From positions 117,862,001-117,926,000 of the forward strand of contig NC_090327.1 of the NCBI RefSeq assembly GCF_035084215.1: a stretch of 64,000 bases of DNA, read 5' to 3'. The position numbers and the translations under genes are program-made. The notes beneath the pieces are model-generated. The model was given only the letters and a program-made list of their open reading frames with translations. It searched no databases and was not told the DNA's origin. Positions 1 to 11,619 of the stretch are shown one piece after another. The stretch is from Heptranchias perlo (taxonomy: Eukaryota). Numbering within the stretch: the stretch's first letter is position 1; each line of letters starts with the position of its first letter.

Positions 1-1162
1 TAACAAATCTTACATTGCCAGAGCTAATGTATCTAACTACACTGCACTCTCATCTTAAGTAGTTGGAAGTATTCCAATACCACTTAGTCAATGCACAAAA
101 GCTATGGGCGCTGCCATTTGTAGAACATTTCCGATTATTAAAATGGTCCCAAAGAAAATGAATTAGTCTGAATTCAGAATTTGCAAGGGAAGATGCCCAA
201 ACCATTATCTTACTTGCTGCACCAGAATGTGATTGCCACAAAGTCTAGGTGCACGGGTCAAGCTTAGAAGAGGGTAGTTGCACAGTTAGACTAGTCCTCA
301 CCGCGTATATTGAGCGCGTTTGTGCTAACACGGTTTGCCCACTATACACGGTGGACGGTAGAACCAGCTGCCCGAAGTCTCCACTTTCCGACTGCCTCCC
401 GTAGTTTGAACAGTGCAAACAGCTGGCTGAAGTTACCCGAAGTCTCACATCAGCTGTTTGTGCTGTTAACTACAGGAGCCAGTTGGAAAGTGGAGGCTTC
501 AAGCAGCTTCAATCACTTTCTTGGATTTAAAACCTGTAATTTATTCTGAGGCAGGCTCGATAACAGGGTAAATACACCATCGCAGACCTTTTTGCATTAC
601 AGTGGAACTGTTGAATTCAGTGGAAATGGCAAATGGTTAGTGCCATTTGCCATTAACCTAAGTGGTGGGGACTGTACTTTATGTACAGGGTGATGATCGG
701 GTGAAATGGACTGCCCAGGATAGCAGTGCTGTAGATACTGAAAATCTTTGAGAAAATTAGTATATATATTTCATGGAGTAAGTGATTGATGGGTATTAAT
801 TTTAGGGACCAGCCAGATAGACTGCAGAGTATTTTACAGTTTTGTACTTTCCTACATTCTTATGTAATGCTTTCATTTGACAACTGTATTAGTAGCAATA
901 GGTGACATTTAATGCTGCTGCTATCGACTATAAAAGCAGCGGGTGAGTTCTATTTGTCAAAAACTAAGCATAAGCTACTGGAATTTGGCCTATGCCTTCA
1001 AAAGTTCTCTCTAGTCTTTGTAAGCAATAGCACATCACAAGCAAATAATCTGGCAGTTCTATAATAATTATATATTTACAATAAAATGTCTGTGATCTAA
1101 GTCATCAGGTCAAAAAACAATGAGTCACAATCTGATGCTAAACTGTTTTTATAACTTTTATT

Positions 1163-3476
1163 GGGGCAGAAATTGCTTGGAGCAGCAAACCAACACTGCT
1201 CGCGGCTCCATATATTTATACTAACCCACTAACTTTTCTTTGGCTATTTCCTTCAATGAGAAGCGGAAAAGAGTCCAGTGTCAGTTCAAGCGAAGCTAGG
1301 ACCTATGGGAGAAGTGAAAGGAGCACTCTCTCCCTTCGATCAATCAGATTGCAGCATTTTTGTCAAGCTGCGAAACTCTCTGCAGGCTTCCATAAGAAAT
1401 AGGAGCAGGAGTAGGCCATAGGGCCCCTCAAGCCTGTCCTGCCATTCAATAAGATCATGGCTGATCCTCTACCTCAACTCCACTTTCCCACCCTTTTCCC
1501 CCCATTGCCTTAGTGTCTAAAAATCAATCGATCTCAGTCTTAAATATACTCAAGGACTGAGGTAGAGAATTCCAAAGAATCACAACCCTCAGTGATAACA
1601 TTTTTCCTCATCTCAGTCCTAAAGGGCCAAGCCCTTATCTTGAGATTATGACCCCTAGTTCTAGTCTCTCCAGCCACAGGAAACAGCCTCTCAGCATCAA
1701 TCCTGTCAAGCGCTCGAAGTATTTTATACGTTTCAACGAGATCACCTCTCATTCTGCTAAACTCCAGAGAATATAGGCCCATTCTCCTCAATCTCTCCTC
1801 ATAGGACAACCCTCTCATCCCAGGAATCAATCTAGTGAACCTTTGGTGCACCCCCTCTAGGTAAGGTAAGGAGACCAAAACTGTACACTACTCCAGGTGT
1901 GGTCTAACCAGAGCCCTACATAATTGCAGCAAGACCTCCTTCCTCTTATATTCCAGCCACCTTGCAATAAAGGCTAACATACCATTTGCCTTCCTAATTG
2001 CTTGCTGTACCTGAAGTTAACTTTCTGTGATTTATGTACAAGGACACCCAAATCCCTCTGAATACCGACATTTCTTACTCACCTTTTAAAAAAAATTCTG
2101 CTTTTCTATTCTTCCTACCAAAGTGGATAATTTCACATTACCCCACATCACACTCCATCTGCCACCTTCTCACCCACTCACTTAACTTGTCTATATCCCT
2201 TTGCAGACTTTGTATCCTCCTCACAGCTTACTTTGCAACCCAGCTTTCTATCGTCGGCAAACTTCGATACGTTACACTCAGTCCCTTCATCTAAGTCATT
2301 CCTATATCATTGTAAACAGCTGAGACCCAAGCACTGATCCTTGTGGCATCCCACTAGTTACAACCTGCCAACCCGAAAATGACCTGTTCATTCCTACTGT
2401 TTTCTGTCCATTAATCAATCTATGCTAACATATTACCCACAACCCCATGAGCCCTAAACTTGTGTAACAACTTATCGAATGCCTTTTGAAAAATCCAAAT
2501 ATTCTACATCCATTGGTTCCCCCTGATCTGCCCTGCTAGTTACACCCTTAAAAAACTCTTTGGATTTGTGAAACACATTTTCCCTTTCATAAAACCCTAC
2601 TGACTCTGCCTAATCATATGATTTAAGTGCCCTATTACCATGCCCTTAATAGATGCTAGCATTTTCCCTACTATTGATGTCAGGCTAACTGGCCTATAGT
2701 TCCGTTTTCTCTCTCCCTCCTTTCTTGAATAGCAGGGTTACATTTGCTACCTTCCAATCCATGGGGACCATTCTAGAATCCAGGGAATTCTGGAAGATCA
2801 AAACCAATGCATCCACTATCTATGCAGCCACCTCTTTTAAAACCCTAGGTCCAGAGGATTTCTCAGCTTTCAGGCCCATTAATTTCTCCAGTGCTTTTTC
2901 TTTACTAATCTTAATTACTTTAAGTTCCTCCCTCCCGTTAGACCCTTGGATCCCCATTATTTCCAGTATGTTTTCTGTGTCTTCTACAGTGGCGACAGAT
3001 ACAAAATATTTGTCCAACTTTAAAACCAGGAAGTGAAAGGTACATTTAAAGTCTTTGTAAAAACAGTTATAGACAATGTAAAAAAGGGTAAGAAATAATT
3101 GAATTAGAGACAAGGAAAAAGTAAAGAAAAAGTTTTTAATGACCAAAAACTATTAAAATAAGGAGTAATGAGACGCCACATTTTTAAGTTAATTTTTAGT
3201 TGTTTGGCAGTCATTAAAATTTAGTTTAGATGTGGTATTTTTTTATGTAATTAGTTATTTTATAGCTGGGCAGATAAGCAAGTTGGCGCTTTTTCCAATG
3301 ATTTTCCTGATGGCAGCATGCGATATATACCTTTAATTTGAAGCTGTCACATCGCCAGCAAACCAGTAGGAGCAAGTTCCGGATTTCCATGTTTCATTGC
3401 ATATGTGCGAATGGCCTATCTTGCTACTCCATTTCGCTGTTGAGCTCTCCGTTATTTCACAAGCAATTTCTGCCCC
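1163..3476. mobile_element. Non-autonomous TIR element (Harbinger-like MITE) interrupted by a CR1 LINE
   Basis: Perfect 17-bp TIR: GGGGCAGAAATTGCTTG at 1163 and CAAGCAATTTCTGCCCC ending 3476; CR1 fragment occupies ~1391-3020 inside it; no clean TSD. Confidence 0.65.
1391..3020 (-). mobile_element. Degenerate 5'-truncated CR1 LINE (RT/C-terminal ORF2 remnants)
   Basis: Minus ORFs with CR1 ORF2 motifs (VHQRFTRLIPGMRGLSYEERL, RGDLVETYKIL, RTRGHNLKI; LKAEKSSGPRVLKEVA); 3' end at ~1391. Confidence 0.85.
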
Positions 3477-3959
3477 GTAATCTTTTCTGAACACATGAGC
3501 TAGCTAGTCTACCTAATCTTTTCCCATGAAGCTATCTTCTGCCACCTCAGTTTAACAAACGGAACAGGCCACTAAATACCCGTTCTCCAGTATGAAAAGG
3601 CATGGAATTGGGATTAAAGGTAGAACTGCTATAGCTGGGGCAGGTTCAATGGGCCAAATGGTTTAAGTCCTGTTCCTATAGAACACTCCAGGCAATCTGG
3701 CCTATAAAAAGGATATTTGTACCATATTCTTCATTTTGCAGACCATTACAGCACAATGTTAAAATATCACTCCTTATCATGATTGTTGCCAGCAGTCAAC
3801 TGTAAAATAAAACCAGAAAATTGCTGTGTAGTAAAGTTTAGGTTTTGCTGCCTACATGAAAGACATTAAAGCATGCTACCTTACTTTGGGTAATCAATTC
3901 AAGAATATTGAATATATGCAAGCAAGACACACAGACCAGTTTAAAATTTTGGTATAAAG

Positions 3960-3965
3960 TTTATT
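3960..3965 (-). promoter_or_regulatory. RPL14: RPL14 polyadenylation signal AATAAA
   Basis: TTTATT on + strand, 22 nt downstream of the TAA stop. Confidence 0.8.
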
Positions 3966-3987
3966 CTTTTGCTTAAATAGTGGACAT

Positions 3988-4053
3988 TTATGCTTTCTTG
4001 CTGGCTTCCTTCTTCAGTTTTGACAACAACTCATGCTTGATGATTTTGTTTCT
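3988..4053 (-). CDS. RPL14: 60S ribosomal protein L14 (eL14), last coding exon
   Basis: ttctcag|RNKIIKHELLSKLKKEASKKA*; phase 0; matches the eL14 C-terminal RNRIIK segment. Confidence 0.93.
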   Translation of the reverse strand, partial: RNKIIKHELLSKLKKEASKKA

Positions 4054-4855
4054 CTGAGAAAGGAAGAAAAAAAATGAAGTTACCACAACCCACACTGATT
4101 CTTTAATCATCACACACTCACTTTGTCAGGGCCACTTGTTGCTGTTCAGCCAGATGGAAGCTGCCTGACAGCATCTGGTGTTGACTCTAATTTCTCTGGC
4201 ATACATGTCCCCCCTTTATGACTATAGTGCAAATCAGAAAGGGTCTACAAGCGTATGCATAACATTATAAAAACTTTACTTGAAATTGATTCACATTTTA
4301 CTTACCACAAGCCATTTTGGAAAAGTAGGCTTCTGAACAAGCAGTGGATTCCCTCAGCTTCACAATTACGCAGAGTTGCAGCAATCAAGTCATTACTTCC
4401 CTTGCATGAATGTTAAATACTCTTTGCCTTATTTGCCAGACATTAGTTTAATGAAACCTAGTGATTTGTCCTGGTAAACCAAATCCCTTGTAGCTGATAA
4501 CCTGCGCCTCAAATTGAACCCCGATTTCACTATTTTCAAACGTTTTGAATAGTAACAGATTGTTTGTTACTCTGAAGATTCAATTTAAATAAAACAGTTA
4601 TGAAAAAACCTCCGACCACATACCCAACTACTTAACCCAGCCAGCCAAACACTTGCCACAATACAATCATGTTGTAAAGTAAGCAAAATAAATAGGACAG
4701 ATTTAAAAAGCTAAAAGCACAGGGCTTCACTGAAAGCTTGATGAGTTTATCCGTCAAGAAGCTAAGCCCTAGATGTTGATCTCAGCTAGGGCACTGGTAG
4801 AAGCATAGCTGCTGGGTTAGCAAGGGGGAAGAGAAAGCTGCCAGGGTAAACATAC

Positions 4856-4909
4856 CATTTTCTTGGCCTTCATGACCTTGTAGCGGTCAAAGTCCGTCAT
4901 TTTGGCCCT
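4856..4909 (-). CDS. RPL14: RPL14 coding exon 5
   Basis: tttcag|RAKMTDFDRYKVMKAKKM|gtatg; 54 nt. Confidence 0.96.
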
Positions 4910-5097
4910 CTGAAAGAGACAAACAGGTAATTATATTCTGCACTGTTATCTAATTTTTAAAAAATTAAAGCTGAGACATTGAAAGGCACCCACGTGAGGA
5001 TATAAATATGGAACTTTTATAAAAGATCTGCTCAATACTTCAATTTGGTGTTTCCCCAAAGAAAAATGTTTTGACAAAGCATCACTGGTACACCCAC

Positions 5098-5197
5098 CTT
5101 ATCACGGGCATCAATTTTCTTTGCCCAACGAGATGCTTCCCATTTCTCACTGACTTTCTCCTTTTCCCAAGCAGCTTTCACAGACTTGTGGCGGACA
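5098..5197 (-). CDS. RPL14: RPL14 coding exon 4
   Basis: cctag|(S)VRHKSVKAAWEKEKVSEKWEASRWAKKIDARDK|gtggg; 100 nt, phase compatible with exon 3. Confidence 0.95.
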
Positions 5198-6049
5198 CTA
5201 GGAGAAAATTTTAAAATGTACTTCCTTGTTACAAGTCATCCAGTTACACAAGGTTTGTATTTTTGCTCAGAGTGAATAAATAGACTTCTGACTGCTAACC
5301 CAAAACATTTACTGTTTTTTGATAGTGCATTAGTTTTTATTAAATTTTATTTTTCATACACTACTTCAAAAGCAAACAAACTCAGGAGGAATCTCTGACA
5401 GGATACAAGCCATACAAAAGAAAAGGTGTGTAACAGTAAGAATCCCAAGTAAACAGGGCACAGACATTCCTTACCTGGGAGAATATCTTAAGTTCTATCC
5501 ATTTCAAGATTAAAGCTCCCCGTTGTGAGGGCTGTCCCAAGTTATTGGAATGGGCAGACAGATGGCAGAAGCAAATTAATGTGGGCAGCACAGGGAAAAA
5601 CATTTTGAGGGGACAAATAAGGAATGGAGGTATATTCAAGGGAAAGGTGTGGACGAAGAGAGAAAAACCAAATAAAAAGGCCAGTAGCATTTGTTGTTTT
5701 ATAAATAGACACGGGTAAAGTAAAGTACTGAAGAAGTTGTACATGGCAATAGCCATGTCACAATTAATGGTGTTCCCAAAACTGCACAAGTCCATTATAC
5801 AAAAGATATTAAAGCCATAAAGAGTATACGGCATACATTCACCAGTATGATGCCAGTGATGGAAAACTATAGTTATGAGGAGACCTGAGATACTAAGACT
5901 GCTTTTCTCTGCTTTTTAAAAAAAATTATTTATGAATCGTGAATATAATTACAATTATACATTATATAATGTATAATGACAATGTATAGACACAGGGTCA
6001 ACATCCAAGTGTGCAGGGGCTACACACAGCTCTCTCAAACCATCTATGT

Positions 6050-6425
6050 ATTGTCAGACTGCTTGCCCGATATGCAGTCTTGGATGAGTCAATTTCCTCC
6101 AGTTAAACATCGGAATGACAGGAGCCATCATCTTCCACCCGGCTAGCCCCCCTCAAACACTCTGATCCTTTGACTCTCGCCTCCTGTGCATCCCCACTGG
6201 AAGCTGTGCACTCTGCTGTCTGGACCCCATGTTCTGGAATTCCCTCTCTAAACCCCTCTGCCACTCCACCTTCAAGACCCGCTTAAAACCCACTTCTTGG
6301 ACAAGCTTTTGATAACCCTCCTAATATCCTTTGTCTCACCGCCCACCATTGTCTGATTGTGCCTCTGAAGCACCTTGGGATGTTTTCCTACATTAAAGGC
6401 ACTACATTAACACAAGTTGTTGAGG
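6050..6425 (+). mobile_element. Old L2-type LINE 3' fragment in an RPL14 intron
   Basis: Degenerate match to the other L2 3' ends in the window (tctggaattccctc..., caagttgttg tail). Confidence 0.6.
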
Positions 6426-6867
6426 CAGTGAGACTAAATTTCTTTACACAAAGCATAGAATTTTTTGCCAGAGGGAATAGCTAAGGCAGACATTACACCC
6501 GTTAAATCATAAAAAGTTACAGCACACAAAGCCGCCATTTGGCCCATTGTGTCCGTGCCAGGTGTAAGGTGTGAATGTTTGGTTATGGTGTAAATGTTTA
6601 TCTAGCTTTCCCTCAAGATGTTACAGGGAGATTAAATCTGGATTGCTGTAGCAAAGAACCGGCAGACACGGGCCTAATAGCCTCATGCTGTAAAGTTCCA
6701 TGGAAACTTTCATGTTTTTAATGTGTTTTCAGCATTCACCAAGTAGATCTACTGTATTGGAGTTTCAAAAAAAAGTGCACAATACTGAGTTCAGCTTATT
6801 AAACCTATAAATTGATTTTTAACAAAAAAGGAGCATTTCATTCCAGCAGAAGCAATCTAGATCTTAC

Positions 6868-6962
6868 CTATGTGGTATTTGAATCTTGAAATCAGTGAGC
6901 TGCATGCATTTAAATGGCAAGGCCTGTCTCCTTACTCCACTGCAAGGGCCATCCACCAATGC
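6868..6962 (-). CDS. RPL14: RPL14 coding exon 3
   Basis: cctag|[31 protein letters not shown](S)|gtaag; 95 nt. Confidence 0.96.
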
Positions 6963-8451
6963 CTAGGAAAGAGTGGCCTGAATTAATGCAGTTCCAAAAC
7001 CTCTGATGTACATGGTCCTCTTTGCAAATAACGATCTCACAAAGCAAACTTATAGAAAGGGTGGAGAGAAAATAAGTGTATATTCAACAGCCAGAATGAA
7101 GAGGATTTTTATGGATTAATTTACCTTAGTGGAAAATGGGAGGGTTTGGGGAAAGGTTCCAGACGGGAAGGACCTGTGACTGAAAGAACACCCTCTGATG
7201 GTAGAGCAGAGAATTGGTGTCTGGTGGAGAGAGGGCAGCTGCAGGGTCAAGTCAGGGGAAGGATATGAAAGCAATAAGCAAGTCAATTCACCAGGATACA
7301 GGTAACATGGCACAGATAGGGATTAGGGGACTTAAGACTACAAAGGTGTACGGCCTTTAAAAATATGTCATTTAGACAAAATATTTTCCAGAGCGGAAGT
7401 CTAAATTCTCAATTCAATGGATAAATCATTATGGAGGATAGCATTTTACTTAGTCATAGTCATGTAAGCTTAAAGTTTTTAAAAGCACCTTTCAGGCAAA
7501 TTTTCTTCCCTCTCCTGAAGGTGTTGACTCCTTGCTGGGGTACAAGGACATAAAACTTTTTCTTGGGAGGCAAGAGGCCTCCAAATCACAATCAGGTAAG
7601 CTCAGGCCACTATACAGAGGAAATGAAAGCTGCTGGCCACAAACTTGTCCAGTTGCCCCAAGTATTGAGTGGGAAACTGGGCTAAACACAAAAATAGGAC
7701 AGGAAGGAGCCGGCGAGCTTTGAAAATCAGGTTAAAACCAGAGAGGCCTAGGATGCACAACAGCACCAACCCAGTGCCTGCAAAGCTTTAAAGAAAAGCA
7801 ACGTGACTACCAAATGTTGACATGCTTCAACAATGACAAAGTGTTAACATGTAGGCTGCATATACAAATGACAAGTCCTGGCCAGAATGGAGATGATTGG
7901 GTTAATCACCATAAGTGACTGGGATTGATTTTATACACATGTAATGTGTGTTATGTAACCATCCTCCACTCGCTGCATTTTGCTGGAGAAAGCACCCTGC
8001 TGTACTCTGGAGACTAGTCATTCGCTGTAGTTTCAGAGACACTAAATTAAAACAAGTCCCATCCCCACCTCATTGCCTGACAGCAGTGCCAATATACACT
8101 TCAAGACATATAAAGCATTGCAAAACTCCATGGAAGTAGTTGATGATGTGTACAGGGGGTGCACACCAACTTTATAGAAGATATACAACACACATATATC
8201 ATATATACATACATGATATACACATACATGTAGATGATAAATATACACAAATAATACACACACATTTATATAAAATACAGACAAGACATAAAATATAATT
8301 CTGCCACAATGAGATCAGTCTCATAGAAAACTATTGTCCAGGTACCAAAGTTAAGGTCCAGACTACACAACCAGGGGGGAGAGTTTCACCTGCAGAGATT
8401 GAGGTCTGGAGTTTAATATGAAATACAAGGGAGAAATGCGAGCGCACATAC

Positions 8452-8553
8452 CCTGTTCTGGTCAATAACATCGACAATAGCCACCAGCTTGCCGGCGTGT
8501 GGGCCAAAGGCGATATAGGCAACGCGGCCAATCTCCACGTAACGCTTGTACAC
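8452..8553 (-). CDS. RPL14: RPL14 coding exon 2 (KOW-motif region)
   Basis: ttttcag|[34 protein letters not shown]|gtatgt; 102 nt; hallmark eL14 N-terminus. Confidence 0.97.
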
Positions 8554-8583
8554 CTGAAAATAGAAGAAAGCAGAATGAAGAGT

Positions 8584-9028
8584 GAGCCGGGCCCCTCACC
8601 CGCCCGCAACCGGGCACCGAGCCGGGCCCCTCGCCCGCCCGCAACCGGGCACCGAGCCGGGCCCCTCGCCCGCCCGCAACCGGGCACCGAGCCGGGCCCC
8701 TCGCCCGCCCGCAACCGGGCACCGAGCCGGGCCCCTCGCCCGCCCGCAACCGGGCACCGAGCCGGGCCCCTCGCCCGCCCGCAACCGGGCACCGAGCCGG
8801 GCCCCTCGCCCGCCCGCAACCGGGCACCGAGCCGGGCCCCTCGCCCGCCCGCAACCGGGCACCGAGCCGGGCCCCTCACCCGCACCGGGCACCGAGCCGG
8901 GCCCCTCGCCCGCCCGCAACCGGGCACCGAGCCGGGCCCCTCACCCGCACCGGGCACCGAGCCGGGCCCCTCGCCCGCCCGCAACCGGGCACCGAGCCGG
9001 GCCCCTCACCCGCACCGGGCACCGAGCC
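8584..9028. repeat. GC-rich minisatellite, 35-bp unit (some 30-bp variants), ~13 copies, RPL14 intron 1
   Basis: Unit GAGCCGGGCCCCTCGCCCGCCCGCAACCGGGCACC recurring at 8584, 8619, ... Confidence 0.95.
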
Positions 9029-9376
9029 CCGATCTTATCCACCCAGGCCCACAATCTCTCTTCCCCCACCACCAACAGCCTCCTCCTCAGTCACCCGGGC
9101 CGCAGACGGACGGCGACCAGTGGATTCACCTTCCCGCTCAGCGCCGCCCGCTCCTCCCACCCCGGGGCCGGGCTGGGTGCCCGCCGGCAGCAACACGCGG
9201 CCCGGCCCGGCCTGCTTTCAGGGTAGGGGGCGGGGGAACCGGCCGGTGGAGCGGCCCATTTATTTATGAACAGCCGAGTTCCCCCCCCCCCCGGCCCGCA
9301 GTGAATGTGAGGCGCTGCGATGTCCGCGAGGCCTCGGCCGTTATTTTCCGTCGCCCGGCGCGCGCCGCACACTCAC

Positions 9377-9379
9377 CAT
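9377..9379 (-). CDS. RPL14: RPL14 coding exon 1 (ATG only)
   Basis: minus strand cgccATG|gtgagt; joins exon 2 in phase 0; spliced CDS totals 420 nt (139 aa + stop). Confidence 0.92.
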
Positions 9380-9560
9380 GGCGCCTGTCCGCGAGCAGAG
9401 AGAGAGAGAGAGAGGGGGAGGGCCGGTTTCCGGTTCCGCTCTTACACTCCGCACATGCGCCGTAACACCTTTGCGATCGCACGCGTCGCAACCGATCCGT
9501 TTCCCCAACCCCCCCGCGCACCGCTACGGTCGCACCGCGCGTGCGCGAAGTCAGCGGTCT
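9380..9560 (-). promoter_or_regulatory. RPL14: RPL14 5'TOP leader and CpG-rich promoter
   Basis: Minus-strand pyrimidine tract CTCCCCCTCTCTCTC... (~9397-9420) just upstream of the ATG; tandem CGGAA ETS/GABP-like sites ~9428-9439; NRF1-like GCGCATGTGCG and GCGCGTGCGC; high CpG density. Confidence 0.75.
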
Positions 9561-9960
9561 GCTCCGAGCGTGGCCCTGAGGGTAACACCCGCCCCCTTTC
9601 ACCTCCTCCCTTCACACCCTCCAGGGCCCCAAACACTCCTTCCAGGTGAAACAGCGATTTACTTGTACTTGTTTCAATTTAGTATACTCTATTCGCTGCT
9701 CACGCTGCGGTCTGTTCCACATTGGGGAGACCAAACGCAGACTGGGTGATCGCTTTGCCGAACACCTCCGCTCAGTCCGCGAGCGTGATCCTGCGCTGCC
9801 GGTCGCCTGACCTTTTCATTCCCCGTCCCGCTCCCACTCTGACCGCTCTGTCCTCGGCCTCTTGCACTGTTCCATTGAAGCTCAACAGAAGCTCGAGGAA
9901 CGGCACCTCATCTTTTAATTTTTTACATCCTTCTGGACTCAACATTGATTTCAATAACTT

Positions 9961-10041
9961 CAAATGTAAGGAATCTTACAACACCAGGTTATAGTCCAAC
10001 AGTTGGACTATAACCTGGTGTTGTAAGATTCCTTACATTTG
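9961..10041. repeat. Perfect palindrome, 40-bp arms with 1-nt spacer (Penelope-type terminal repeat fold-back)
   Basis: CAAATGTAAGGAATCTTACAACACCAGGTTATAGTCCAAC-A-GTTGGACTATAACCTGGTGTTGTAAGATTCCTTACATTTG. Confidence 0.9.
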
Positions 10042-10069
10042 TCCATCACCGGCATCTCCACATCAATAA

Positions 10070-10505
10070 CTTCAGGTGATGACCACTGCTCCCATTTTTT
10101 CGCACAGCAAGTGCTGGTAATGGTTCTGTTGTGGCCATTTACACCTTTAGACCCATCTTTTGTTTCATTACTTGTCCTATTACCACCCTCCTTACCTTGC
10201 CCCATCATCCCTTTTGTCATTTAATCACTCCTGCCCTCCACCCTATCACAGACCTTCCCGTTTGTTCTTTCCTCCCCTCCCCTTCCTCTCCCTCTCCCCG
10301 CGCCCCCCCCCCCCCCCGGGTCTGGCTCTGTACTTGCTTAAAAACTGTTTTATCTTTGACTTCTTCCGGTTCTGACGAAAGGTCATCGACCTGAAATGTT
10401 AACTCTGTTTCTTTCTCCACAGATGCTGCCTGACTTGCTGAGTATTTCCAGCATTTTCTGTTTTTATTTCAGATTTCTAGCATTCATAGTATTCTGCTTT
10501 TGATT
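10070..10505 (+). mobile_element. Penelope-like element 3'/pLTR fragment with minimal hammerhead motif
   Basis: CTGACGA-A-AGGTC-ATC-GACCT-GAAA-TGTTAAC followed by ctccacagatgctgcctgac...ccagcatttt, a tail I recognise from shark PLE repeats. Confidence 0.65.
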
Positions 10506-10509
10506 TAAC

Positions 10510-11550
10510 ATAGACTGTCTGCTTTTCAATTCTTTCCCTTTAGAAATGAACCCCAGTGCTGTGTTTGCTTTTTTTAATGGCCTTTTTAACCTGCATCACT
10601 ACTTTTAGTGATTTGTGTACCTGTACCCCTAGATCCCTTTGCTCCCCTATCCTATTACTCCATTTAGACTCTTATTTTCCAAGGAGTATGTGGCCTCCTT
10701 ATTCCTTCTACCAAAATGTAACACCTTACACTTATCTATTTTGAAATTCATTTACCCATTCCGCAAGTTTATTAATGTCATCTTGTATTTTGACGCATTC
10801 TTCCTTTGTATTAACTATACCTTTCAATTTGGTGTCATCTCAAATTTTGAAATTGTACTTCCGATTCTTGAGCCGAAATCATATTATGTAAATAGTGAAC
10901 AACAGTGGTCCTAGCACCGATCATTGTGGAACACTGCTTCCCACCTTTTGCCAATCTGAGTAGCTACCCTTAACCCCTACTCTCTGTTTTCTGTTTTGTA
11001 GCCAGCTTACTATCCATTCTGCTACTTGTCCCCTGACTCCTCATGCTCTGACCTTAGCCATGAGTCTACTACGCGGTACCTTATCGAAGACCTTTTGAAA
11101 ATCCAAATATATTACATCTACTACATTACCCTTGTCTACTCTTTGTATTACATCTTCAAAGAATTCAATAATGTTGGTCACGCATAACCTTCCCTTTTGA
11201 AATCTGTGCTGACTCCTACTCTTCATTATATTTTTGGTTTCTAGGTGTTTTTCTATTACATCCTTGAGTAAAGATTCCATTACCTTTCCTACCATCAACG
11301 TGAAGCTAACTAGTCTATAGTTCCCTGGACTTGTTCTATCTCCCTTTTTAAATATAGGAATAACATTAGCTGTCCTCCAGTCTTCTGGCACTATTCCCTT
11401 TTCTAATGAATTTTTTAATATATTTATTTGTGCCTCTATTACCTCTTCTCTAACTTCTTTTAATATTCGCAGTTGCAATCCATCCGGTCCAGGCGTTTTA
11501 TCCTCTCTAGGCTTGATTATTTTATCAATTATCTCCCCCTTTCTATTTTA
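10510..11550 (-). mobile_element. CR1 LINE RT fragment
   Basis: ORF 11041-11478: PEDWRTANVIPIFKKGDR...PGNYRLVS...YLDFQKVFDKVP. Confidence 0.88.
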
Positions 11551-11619
11551 AAAGGGACATCTTGCTGGTCCTTAAAAAGGGTAAAATATAAAAATTGAGT
11601 AAAGGGTCATATAATTACA

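Noticed and set aside
1-560. Possible exon of a neighbouring gene at the window edge
   Set aside because: Non-repetitive, but no recognisable protein motif in any frame and only an isolated donor-like motif.
4054-8451. Intronic snoRNAs in RPL14 introns
   Set aside because: Plausible for a ribosomal protein gene, but I could not identify a convincing C/D or H/ACA box arrangement by eye; needs an Infernal/snoReport search.
8331-9465. Several overlapping 100-320 aa Pro/Arg/Gly-rich ORFs
   Set aside because: Produced by the GC-rich 35-bp VNTR and CpG island in RPL14 intron 1; GC-rich repeats lack stop codons.
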